From contig CAXXYE010000009.1 in the NCBI GenBank assembly GCA_963674865.2, positions 1,632,001-1,696,000 on the forward strand: a stretch of DNA of 64,000 nucleotides, given 5' to 3'. This document shows, piece after piece, positions 1 to 8,221 of this stretch. Under the pieces are notes generated by a model. That model worked only from the letters and a program-made list of their open reading frames with translations. It did not search any database and was not told where the DNA came from. Positions within the stretch are counted from its first letter, which is position 1. Each line of letters begins with the position of its first letter. The translations under genes were made by a program, and so were the position numbers. This stretch comes from Candidatus Hydrogenedentota bacterium (lineage in GTDB: Bacteria > Hydrogenedentota > Hydrogenedentia > Hydrogenedentales > SLHB01).

Positions 1-617
1 TTGTTAGGGCGGTTGTCGGCGCGACGCGGCTACCGGTAACGGTGAAAACGCGGCTCGGCTGGGATAGTGAGCATATCGTGATCCTCGACGTTGTCCGTAT
101 GCTCGAGGATATTGGTGTGCAGGCACTGGCCGTGCATTGCCGTACGCGGGAACAGGGCTACAGCGGCGACGCGGACTGGACTTGGCTGGAGCGGATTAAA
201 GAGGTCAGCACATTACCTCTAATCGGAAATGGGGACGTTCGCACGCCCGACGACGCGGCGCGTATGTTCAGTACCGGATGCGACGGCGTCATGATCGGGC
301 GAGGAGCGATCCATAATCCCTGGTTGTTTGAGTATGCCAAGCACTTCCTGGCCACAGGTGAACGCCTGCCCGAGCCCACGATACAGGAGCGGGTGGCGCT
401 CTGTCTGGAGCATCTCAAACGCGCGGCTGAAGTGAAGGGGGAACAGCGGGCCGTGCGCGAGCACCGCAAGCACTACGTGGGCTATTTCAAGGCGGCTTAC
501 TGTGTGGCGAAGCTCCGGCGGGACTTAATGACATATACTGAAATCGCGCCTATTGAGGCACGCCTGAGCCGGTTCCTCGAGGAAGTGGCGGCGCGGCCGT
601 CTGCTTCCGAAGCGTGA
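1..617 (+). CDS. dusB: tRNA-dihydrouridine synthase (5' truncated by window edge)
   Basis: Dus motifs VTVKTRLGW, AVHCRTREQGYSG, IGNGDV, DGVMIGRGAIHNPWLF; the reading frame is open upstream of the ORF-track start. Confidence 0.9.
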   Translation, partial: VRAVVGATRLPVTVKTRLGWDSEHIVILDVVRMLEDIGVQALAVHCRTREQGYSGDADWTWLERIKEVSTLPLIGNGDVRTPDDAARMFSTGCDGVMIGRGAIHNPWLFEYAKHFLATGERLPEPTIQERVALCLEHLKRAAEVKGEQRAVREHRKHYVGYFKAAYCVAKLRRDLMTYTEIAPIEARLSRFLEEVAARPSASEA

Positions 618-668
618 GGGAGGCTACCGATTCGCTATGTGGTGTGGCCGAGTGAAGAAAGGGACGTA

Positions 669-1361
669 ATGACGTTGGAAACGCTCAAACAGGTCGTGTT
701 GGAGGCCAACCTTGCCCTTGTTCGCAAGGGCCTGGTCTTCATGACATGGGGCAACGCAAGCGCCATTGACCGTGAGCGCGGCTTGATCGTTATCAAGCCG
801 AGCGGCGTGCCTTACGAGACGATGCGGGCGGAACAAATGGTGGCCGTGGATATCGAGGGGGCCGTGGTCGAAGGTGAGCTGAAACCCTCCGTGGACACGG
901 CAACGCACCTGGTTCTGTACAAGGCGTTCGGCGATGTTGGCGGCATCGTTCACACGCATTCGCATTACGCTACAGTTTGGGCTCAGGCCGGATTGGCTAT
1001 TCCATGTTTCGGGACGACGCACGCGGACCATTTCTACGGCGAAGTGCCTGTGACGGAAGGGCTTACGGCTGAGGAGGTGGCCGGAGACTATGAACGCAGT
1101 ATTGGGGAGGCGATAGTCCGCCGGTACGCCGAAATGAATCCGATGGAGCATCCGGCGGTTCTTGCGGCGCAGCACGGCCCGTTTACATGGGGCGCGACAC
1201 TAGGCAAGGCGGTTGAGAATGCCCTTGCACTCGAGGAGGTGGCCCGGATGGCGCTGGATACCGTGCGTTTGGCCCCAGATACGCCGCCCATTGGCCCTTA
1301 CCTACTCACGAAGCATTTCTTGCGGAAACACGGCGGGGAGGCCTACTACGGCCAGCAATAG
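669..1361 (+). CDS. araD: L-ribulose-5-phosphate 4-epimerase
   Basis: TWGNASAIDRERG, IKPSGV, KPSVDTATH, HTHS, GTTHADHFYG, C-terminal KHFLRKHG..AYYGQ. Confidence 0.93.
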   Translation: MTLETLKQVVLEANLALVRKGLVFMTWGNASAIDRERGLIVIKPSGVPYETMRAEQMVAVDIEGAVVEGELKPSVDTATHLVLYKAFGDVGGIVHTHSHYATVWAQAGLAIPCFGTTHADHFYGEVPVTEGLTAEEVAGDYERSIGEAIVRRYAEMNPMEHPAVLAAQHGPFTWGATLGKAVENALALEEVARMALDTVRLAPDTPPIGPYLLTKHFLRKHGGEAYYGQQ

Positions 1362-1375
1362 CTTAAGCCGGGAAT

Positions 1376-1413
1376 GAAAAGCAACGAGGCGCCCCATGTG
1401 GGACGCCTCGTTG
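1376..1413 (-). terminator. Intrinsic terminator between convergent araD and trpB2
   Basis: Inverted repeat CAACGAGGCG (1382-1391) / CGCCTCGTTG (1404-1413), followed on the minus strand by CTTTT. Confidence 0.6.
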
Positions 1414-1472
1414 AGCTCTACGAATGTTGCGAAGTCGTCTCCCCGGTTGTATTGCCGGGAATTTACCTCGCT

Positions 1473-2840
1473 CTACGCCTCCACCTTCGGGAGCCTTTGG
1501 AGCGAAGCCTCGATCTCAGTCTGTGGATACTCGTAATCCTTCAACTTGCCCGCCAGGTAGGCCTCATACGCGGCCATGTCTACGTGGCCGTGGCCGCTAT
1601 GGGTAAGCAGGATGACCTTCTCTTCGCCCGTCTCTTTGCACTTCAGGGCTTCCTCAATGGTGGCCCGAACGGCGTGGTTGCTTTCGGGAGCGCCGATGAT
1701 CCCCTCATTGCGCGCGAAGGTAAGGCCCGCCTCGAAGGTGGCCAACTGGTGGACTGCCTTCGCCTCGACGAGGCCCAGCTTGAGGGCGTGGCAGATGATT
1801 GGCGCCATGCCGTGATAGCGCAGGCCGCCGGCGTGGACGGGCGCCGGGATGAAGTTGTGGCCCAAGGTGTACATCTTGAGCAGAGGCGTCATGCCCGCTT
1901 CGTCGCCGAAGTCATACGCGTAGGGCCCGCGTGTCAAGGTCGGGCAACTCGCGGGCTCGACGTTGACGATGCGAAGATCAGGCTTGGTGCCGTCGATCTT
2001 GTCCTTGAGGAAGGGCAAGTACATGCCCGCGAAGTTCGACCCGCCGCCGACGCAGCCAATGATCACATCGGGATAGACGTCCGCCATTTCAAGCTGCTTC
2101 TTCGTTTCGAGGCCGATGATGGTCTGATGAAGCAGGACGTGATTCAGCACGCTGCCCAAGGAGTAGTGCGTGTCATCGCGGGATACGGCCTCTTCGACCG
2201 CTTCGCTGATCGCGAGTCCAAGGCTGCCGGGGCAGTCGGGATCCTTCTCAAGCATGGCGCGCCCGGCGTTCGTATCGGGACTAGGACTCGGTACGCACGT
2301 GCCGCCCCAAGTCTCCATCATGACTCGCCGGTAAGGCTTCTGATGGTAGCTGATGGCGACCATGTAGACTTTGATCTCGACGCCGAAGCAGGCGCCGGCG
2401 AAGCATAGGGAGCTGCCCCACTGCCCTGCGCCCGTCTCGGTGCTGATGCGGTTGATGCCTTCGACTTTATTGTAATAGACTTGGGCTACGGCCGTGTTCG
2501 GCTTGTGGCTTCCGGGCGGACTGGTGCCCTCGTACTTGTAGAAGATCTTGGCGGGCGTATCGAGGGCCTTTTCGAGGCGGTGGGCTCGCCACAACGTTGT
2601 GGGCCGCCAGAGCCTGAGGACATCCTGGACCTCCTCCGGGATGTCGATCCATCGCTCCGTGCTGACCTCTTGCTTGATCAGCTCCATGGGAAAGAGCGGC
2701 GCCAGGTCCTCGGGGCCGATCGGTTTCCCTGTTCCAGGATGCAGTACCGGCGGCAGCGGCTCAGGCAGGTCGGCCTGAATGTTGTACCACTGAGTCGGCA
2801 TGTCCTTCTCATCAAGAACGAATTTAGTCCGCTTGTCCAT
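1473..2840 (-). CDS. trpB2: TrpB-like PLP-dependent enzyme (TrpB2 type)
   Basis: [11 protein letters not shown]-lysine motif, [38 protein letters not shown] before ATG 2840. Confidence 0.93.
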   Translation of the reverse strand: MDKRTKFVLDEKDMPTQWYNIQADLPEPLPPVLHPGTGKPIGPEDLAPLFPMELIKQEVSTERWIDIPEEVQDVLRLWRPTTLWRAHRLEKALDTPAKIFYKYEGTSPPGSHKPNTAVAQVYYNKVEGINRISTETGAGQWGSSLCFAGACFGVEIKVYMVAISYHQKPYRRVMMETWGGTCVPSPSPDTNAGRAMLEKDPDCPGSLGLAISEAVEEAVSRDDTHYSLGSVLNHVLLHQTIIGLETKKQLEMADVYPDVIIGCVGGGSNFAGMYLPFLKDKIDGTKPDLRIVNVEPASCPTLTRGPYAYDFGDEAGMTPLLKMYTLGHNFIPAPVHAGGLRYHGMAPIICHALKLGLVEAKAVHQLATFEAGLTFARNEGIIGAPESNHAVRATIEEALKCKETGEEKVILLTHSGHGHVDMAAYEAYLAGKLKDYEYPQTEIEASLQRLPKVEA

Positions 2841-2976
2841 ATCTTCTCCTCCGGATATCAGACAGTAAAGCATAATGCCCCGCACTGGGAGCAAACAGCA
2901 TACACGATTTCCATGCCGAGGCCAAGTTTCATCTGTCTCCATAGAGAGATGCGGACGAGGGATAACCGGGAGCGGA

Positions 2977-3005
2977 TTGACGGCCCTGCCACACCATGGT
3001 ATATT
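2977..3005 (+). promoter_or_regulatory. Putative sigma70 promoter of the pilin-like gene
   Basis: TTGACG-17 nt-TATATT, then a GGAGG RBS and ATG at 3045. Confidence 0.55.
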
Positions 3006-3044
3006 TCAAAGGGATGATTGCTGTCCCTACGGAGGTTGAAAAAA

Positions 3045-4007
3045 ATGACCACATTGCGCACAAGGGGGTTCACGCTCATCGAGCTTCTGGTGGTGATCGC
3101 CATTATCGGCATTCTCGCTGGTTTCACGCTGTTGGGCGTGGGAAAGATGTTCGAACGGGCCAATATCACGGACTGTACCAACGACTTCAACCAGCTTCGG
3201 ACGGCCATGACGCAGTACTATACGGACAATAGCTCGTATCCGCCGGCCTATGGCTATCTGCGCTGGGAAGTGCACAACAAGTACGATCCCAAAAACTACC
3301 GGCCCGGCTCTACAACCCTTGTGCCCAGCGACTTCTGGAATCGGCCATACACCGTATTCATCGGCCAATACGGCGCCACAGAGCTGTATGACAGGTTTTC
3401 TGAGGCGGGATATGACACGAACGACGACGGTGTGGTCGAGCCGAGCGAGTTCCTGCCTCTAGGGCACACCGACCGGGCGACGGGCAAGGTGTCTTTCCCC
3501 TCCGCCATCTACTCCTTCCACGATTCGGACTATGATTTCGCGTCCATGTTGGAGAAGATGAGCAAAGAAGAACGCCCCTATATCTATATCCCCGTCAATC
3601 TCGACCAATTTAGGCTGGCAAACCGCTATTTTTACGAAAACGACTTTAGGTATGCCGAAGAGTGGGATCCGGACAACAAGTATCTGAAACGCCTAACCTT
3701 TCCGCCGGCGCGATATGATGCCTTTGTCCTGATCAGCATAGGCCCATCCGCGAACACGTACGGCGTAGCGACGCCTCCCCGGCCGGAGAATCTGAGCGAC
3801 GGCCAATGGGCGCAGCTTAAGCCGTATCAATACCATATCAACGCGCTTCGCATTTACTTCCTTGCCACCCGCGACGCAAACGATAACAACGAACTGGACT
3901 TCGATTATATGGCGCGTATGCGCGGAGACGAGGCCGGGGCCGACGGCAATCAGCTGCCGGACCCGCTCTTGCCCAATGCGCCCGGCCCGATGATCTACGT
4001 GCCATAG
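3045..4007 (+). CDS. Prepilin-type N-terminal cleavage/methylation (pseudopilin-like) protein
   Basis: Class III signal [19 protein letters not shown]; soluble C-terminal domain with DxNDDG-like motifs. Confidence 0.85.
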   Translation: MTTLRTRGFTLIELLVVIAIIGILAGFTLLGVGKMFERANITDCTNDFNQLRTAMTQYYTDNSSYPPAYGYLRWEVHNKYDPKNYRPGSTTLVPSDFWNRPYTVFIGQYGATELYDRFSEAGYDTNDDGVVEPSEFLPLGHTDRATGKVSFPSAIYSFHDSDYDFASMLEKMSKEERPYIYIPVNLDQFRLANRYFYENDFRYAEEWDPDNKYLKRLTFPPARYDAFVLISIGPSANTYGVATPPRPENLSDGQWAQLKPYQYHINALRIYFLATRDANDNNELDFDYMARMRGDEAGADGNQLPDPLLPNAPGPMIYVP

Positions 4008-4082
4008 CGCGGAAGCGGTAAGGAGACTCCGCCACACGGTGGAGGTGAGGTGTGTCCCGGCGTCAGGGGCCCAGCGCGGCCG

Positions 4083-5381
4083 CTACTCCTTCCTTCTTCT
4101 TCTCGGCGAACCGACGTTGTGGGCTATCTTTGCCCGGCCTTTGGCGCGGTTGACAATACGCCGCTTGCCGGTGACGACATTCTCCGTGATGATGGCCCGT
4201 TCGACTCCCTTTTCAAGCAGCACTTGGGGCCTGTCTTCCTTGAATTCGCAGCCACGCACGAGGATTGTTCCGCCCTTGGCTTCGATGGCATGAATCTCTT
4301 TGTCTTCACGGTGGCCCCAGTGAACGAAAGTGCAATCGCTGAATCCGACTGTGCCCTTGCCGTCGACGACGGCGATGCGGTTGCACGGCCCCCAGAAGGC
4401 GCAGTTGACGAAACGGATGGAGCCGGTGTTGCTCTCCTCGACGCGGACCATGGTGGGATCAGGGCCGTGAAACGAGACGAACTCCCCGTTCGTGATGAGG
4501 ACGCCGTAGGGAGCGCATTGCTCAACAACGAGGGCCGTGTAGCAATCGTCGGCGCCGATGCCTAAGAAATTGCCGTTGGTAATGCCTTTCTCGGTTTCGA
4601 TGAACTTGTAGCCCACGTTGTAGCCAAAGCAGAACGTGTTCAGCACGTACTGCCAGTCCGTCCGGCCGAAAATGAAGGCCGTTGCGTGGTGCATCTGCCA
4701 CTGGAATAGCTCTTTCTCCATCGACCACCACGGATTCCAATGGACATTCTCGATGCGTCCAATATCGTAGATCTGATCGACGTACACGCCGATGTGCAGT
4801 GGCTGCCCGTGGACATTCCGGATCAGATGGCGTTGATTCCGGGAAGCGTCGATGGCGTTGTACGGATTCAGGAGTTCGACGTCGATGACGGCGGGATTAT
4901 TGCCGCGCATGGCCACGGTGTAGGGATAGGGCGTCGGAGCCGGACCTTTGGGATCCTGATCCGGATAAAACACGCAAACGCCTCGCAGCGTCGCGTTCGT
5001 CTGCAACAGAATGAATGGAGGGCCTTCTTCAGAACCGGCATTGGCGCGCGGCATCAGCACGGAGCCGTACACAGGCTTCTCATCATTTCTGTCACGCACG
5101 CCGGCATGGGCCGGTGCGTAAGGGGAGATTCCGGCGAGGGCGACCTCCTTGGGCACTTCGAGCGAGCCCGCGAAGCTGTATCGCCCCGTTGGCACGAACA
5201 CGGTTCCGCCACCGGCGGCGCTCGCGGCGTTGAGGGCCTGCTGAAAGGCGCTTGTGTTATCGCTCTCTCCGTCCGGCACGGCGCCGAAATCGAGAACGTT
5301 CCAGGTGGCGTCCTTGGGGACGTCGGCCTGCGCGGCCGCTCCCATAACCATGGCCGCTGCCAAGAGTGCCAGTGCTCTCAT
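4083..5381 (-). CDS. Secreted pectate-lyase-superfamily beta-helix protein (GH28-related/Pectate_lyase_3)
   Basis: Signal peptide; NVLDFGAVPDGESDNTSAFQQAL..GGGTVFVPTGRY motif. Confidence 0.75.
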   Translation of the reverse strand: MRALALLAAAMVMGAAAQADVPKDATWNVLDFGAVPDGESDNTSAFQQALNAASAAGGGTVFVPTGRYSFAGSLEVPKEVALAGISPYAPAHAGVRDRNDEKPVYGSVLMPRANAGSEEGPPFILLQTNATLRGVCVFYPDQDPKGPAPTPYPYTVAMRGNNPAVIDVELLNPYNAIDASRNQRHLIRNVHGQPLHIGVYVDQIYDIGRIENVHWNPWWSMEKELFQWQMHHATAFIFGRTDWQYVLNTFCFGYNVGYKFIETEKGITNGNFLGIGADDCYTALVVEQCAPYGVLITNGEFVSFHGPDPTMVRVEESNTGSIRFVNCAFWGPCNRIAVVDGKGTVGFSDCTFVHWGHREDKEIHAIEAKGGTILVRGCEFKEDRPQVLLEKGVERAIITENVVTGKRRIVNRAKGRAKIAHNVGSPRRRRKE

Positions 5382-5399
5382 ATTCGCGCTCCTTTCCGC

Positions 5400-6512
5400 T
5401 TAATCTTCCGTTCTGTCTATATCACGCTCCCCGGGGGGACTTCCCTCGTCTGCCGCTTGCCTGCCTCGCGCGGCGACGGCCATGAGAATGACGACAATCG
5501 CGATGATGGCGAGCCCCTGCAAGAGGCCGAGGGCGCTATCCAGTAGTGATGCGCCGTTTCGGAGCAGGATGGCGGTGACGCCCATGGCGATGGCGACAAG
5601 GTAGATGAATAAAACCGCCCGGCGCTCGGTGAATCCTATCCACGTCAGCCGGTGGGAGAGGTGGTCGAGCGAGCAATGCGAGATGATCTGATAGAGGGTG
5701 CGCGTTTGTCCCTTGAGGATACGGGCAAAGATGATATAGGCGAAGTCGAAGATGGGCACGCCGAGGATGAGCATCGGGATGGTGCAGGAGATCACTCGGC
5801 TCTCCGTCCATTCTCCCATAACGCCGAGGGCCGCCAAGGTGAATCCGAGGAAGAACGAGCCGGAATCGCCCATAAACACCTTCGCGGGCTTGAAATTATA
5901 GACGAGGAAGCCGAGATTGGCTCCGATGAGTCCCGCCGCCAACAGGCCGAACCACGCCAGGTTCTCCTTTCCCGTGGCGCGAAAAGTCTGCACGGCGATC
6001 GTGAGGTAGATGCCCGACACGATCACGGCCACGCCCGAGGCCAGCCCGTCCATATTATCGAGGGCATTGAAGGCGCTCGTAACGCCGACAATCCACAGCA
6101 CCGTTAGCAGGAGGTCGAGGGGATAGAACTTAAACAGATTGAGCGTGACGCCGTAGAGAGACATGATGACGGTTACGCCGACAAGCGTGGCGAGTTTCAA
6201 GACGGCAGGAATGCCGCGCAGGTCGTCCACGGCGCCTACCACAAGGCAGATGGCCGCGCCAAGCATGACGCCTTTCATCGGATTATCGCGGTAGTTCGGA
6301 TAGAGGACCGCGACGGCAAAGGCCAGGAACAGGACAATACCGCCTCCTCTCGGGATGGCGCGCTTGTGGAGTTTGCCCGGACTGGCCTGATCCACCATGC
6401 CGAGGCGGCGCAGCATAACGATGCCTACAGGCATGAGCAAGACGGCCGTAATGAAGGCGATGAAGGTAACGTGGATATAGGTACGAAGCCACGGGTGTAG
6501 TGCCCAGAACAT
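5400..6512 (-). CDS. Undecaprenyl-phosphate GlcNAc-1-phosphate transferase (MraY/WecA, Glycos_transf_4)
   Basis: Multi-TM; KLH..IPRGGG, GAVDD, NALDNMDGLA, YNFKPAKVFMGDSGS, HLSHRL. Confidence 0.88.
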   Translation of the reverse strand: MFWALHPWLRTYIHVTFIAFITAVLLMPVGIVMLRRLGMVDQASPGKLHKRAIPRGGGIVLFLAFAVAVLYPNYRDNPMKGVMLGAAICLVVGAVDDLRGIPAVLKLATLVGVTVIMSLYGVTLNLFKFYPLDLLLTVLWIVGVTSAFNALDNMDGLASGVAVIVSGIYLTIAVQTFRATGKENLAWFGLLAAGLIGANLGFLVYNFKPAKVFMGDSGSFFLGFTLAALGVMGEWTESRVISCTIPMLILGVPIFDFAYIIFARILKGQTRTLYQIISHCSLDHLSHRLTWIGFTERRAVLFIYLVAIAMGVTAILLRNGASLLDSALGLLQGLAIIAIVVILMAVAARGRQAADEGSPPGERDIDRTED

Positions 6513-6666
6513 CTCATCTCCGCTGTGTCGCCTGCGCGAGGCGCGTGGCTCGTGCAGAGGGCGAAGCCGCGGTTCCGCATCGAAAGGCCCGGCGCCCGCC
6601 AGCGCTCTTAGGTGGTGACGGCATCTTAGCGCGTATGCGGCGGGAATTCCAGGATGCCCGAGGTCG

Positions 6667-7368
6667 TTACTCAGCGCCGCGCATGAGGATCGGCAAGGCA
6701 TTCGGCCCGCAGTTCATGAGCAGATCGAGGATAGCGAGGTCGGGGATGAAGGGGCCATGGAGCTGGGAGTAGGTGGGGGCTTGCCAGTGCTGGAGTTCAA
6801 GGCCGATGCCCGCCCGGGCGAAGAGGTCGACGTCCAGATACGCCTCTGCCGCATAGGCGCCGCTGTAATAGCGGCGGCCGCCCACGGCCTCGATGAGGTT
6901 CACGAGGCGCTCCGTCGCTTCGCCGTCCACATCAAACTCGGAAGCAGCCACCACGCGTGTTCCAACGCCAAGAAGTTCGAGAACGCCATCGAGCATAGAC
7001 CGGTTCAGCTCATTCAGGAAAGTCCATTCCCGGCTGTAGGTTCGCTCGACAAGGGGGCAAACGAGGTCGAAGAAGGGGGCTTTGGCATAGCTCTGTCGGA
7101 TGGTACCTGCGTGCTTTTTGCGCCAGGGCGCGCTGTTGTCAATCCGGATATCCTTAAGAGGCTGGCCGAGCTTGGCGTGCACCGGCACGGTAAGCACCGT
7201 AGGACCGGCCGCGGTCTTGATCTTATTGCGGTTCTGCCAATCGTTTTTCGTGAACTGAACCGTGTCCAAGAGGATGAACACGTCGGCCCGGACAATCTTC
7301 TCGAAATACCGCAGCCATGGCAGGTAATGAGGCTGATGAATAGCGACAAGCATGCTTGTGTCGTTCAT
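6667..7368 (-). CDS. WbqC family protein (putative glycyltransferase)
   Basis: AIHQPHYLPWLRYF, DTVQF..WQNRNKI, LTVPV, Y.KAPFF, LAILDLLMNCGP. Confidence 0.88.
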   Translation of the reverse strand: MNDTSMLVAIHQPHYLPWLRYFEKIVRADVFILLDTVQFTKNDWQNRNKIKTAAGPTVLTVPVHAKLGQPLKDIRIDNSAPWRKKHAGTIRQSYAKAPFFDLVCPLVERTYSREWTFLNELNRSMLDGVLELLGVGTRVVAASEFDVDGEATERLVNLIEAVGGRRYYSGAYAAEAYLDVDLFARAGIGLELQHWQAPTYSQLHGPFIPDLAILDLLMNCGPNALPILMRGAE

Positions 7369-7391
7369 TGTCCCGCTTGGCCGGAACAGGC

Positions 7392-7425
7392 AAAAAACAC
7401 CCCCGCGTCTGAGGACGCCGGAGCG
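7392..7425 (-). terminator. Intrinsic terminator after the small ORF 7447-7641
   Basis: Minus strand CGCTCCGGCGTC-CTCA-GACGCGGGGGTG followed by T6. Confidence 0.6.
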
Positions 7426-7446
7426 AGGCCGTATCGCGCCGCGGTG

Positions 7447-7641
7447 TTAGCGAATATCCGCGTCAAACCACTTGAGGACGGCCATCATGCCCCGGGCCTG
7501 CTTGAGCATAGTGGCTTTGAGGCCGCGTTTGCGCAACTTCTCCTTGGCCTCATGGCGTGATCGCGCTATCACCACCCCGCCCACGAACGACTTCTCTTCG
7601 TCGCCCTCTGCACGAATCGCATGGTACTCATATGCCGGCAT
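7447..7641 (-). CDS. Small protein resembling the N-terminal domain of PilC/GspF
   Basis: MPAYEYHAIRAEG...GVVIARSRHEAKEKLRKRGL resembles the MPxFxYxA..G....G...A.s..eA...Lr..Gl pattern; GGAG RBS, own promoter and terminator. Confidence 0.65.
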   Translation of the reverse strand: MPAYEYHAIRAEGDEEKSFVGGVVIARSRHEAKEKLRKRGLKATMLKQARGMMAVLKWFDADIR

Positions 7642-7739
7642 AGACCATTCTCCCGGGCCGCCGATCGCCCAGTCTCTGTCCGTCCTGCGGATGACTCGCG
7701 GAGCGCACACAATTGCCTGTGAGCCCGTCAGACGAGGCG

Positions 7740-7768
7740 ATTGTAGCACGCCCGCCCGGCATTGCCAA
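7740..7768 (-). promoter_or_regulatory. Putative sigma70 promoter of the small PilC-N-like gene
   Basis: Minus strand TTGGCA-17 nt-TACAAT. Confidence 0.55.
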
Positions 7769-7931
7769 CCTGGTTTTGCCGCTCCAGAGCCGTCGCCCCG
7801 TTCTCAATGCCAAACGCCCGCTGCTTGCCAATGCGCATAGGACAGCCACTAGATGGAACGCGTGAGACAGCGACACCGGCGGGATTCGACAACTTCTGAA
7901 ACGCGGGGAATCCCTGTGCCGTAGCGTCGCA

Positions 7932-8165
7932 ATGAGTTGTGTGAACACCGAGAACTGGAATATGGCACCGATGGATACGAAGACGCCGGATAGCGCACCG
8001 GTAGAATCTGCCTTCGCGGGACTCCGCTACCTGCGCGTACTTGCCGCCCAGCTCGGAGGCGTGCCCCCCACGAGCACCGGGCCGGCGCCGCCCGACGCCA
8101 GCATCCTCCCCGCCCACGAGATCGTTGTCGTCGTTTTCAGCCAAGCCTATTTCCCCGAACTGTGA
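7932..8165 (+). CDS. Possible small hypothetical protein (77 aa)
   Basis: ATG-start ORF that fills the gap without overlapping neighbours; no recognisable motif. Confidence 0.3.
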   Translation: MSCVNTENWNMAPMDTKTPDSAPVESAFAGLRYLRVLAAQLGGVPPTSTGPAPPDASILPAHEIVVVVFSQAYFPEL

Positions 8166-8221
8166 GGAGTGCTCGGATTGTCGCACGCCAAGCCGCCAAG
8201 CAAATGCGCGGGGGATGGATG

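Noticed and set aside
1374..2408. Many long antisense ORFs (this one and e.g. 32083-33054, 48331-49554, 55811-56908)
   Set aside because: Typical stop-poor shadows of real genes in high-GC DNA, with no motifs
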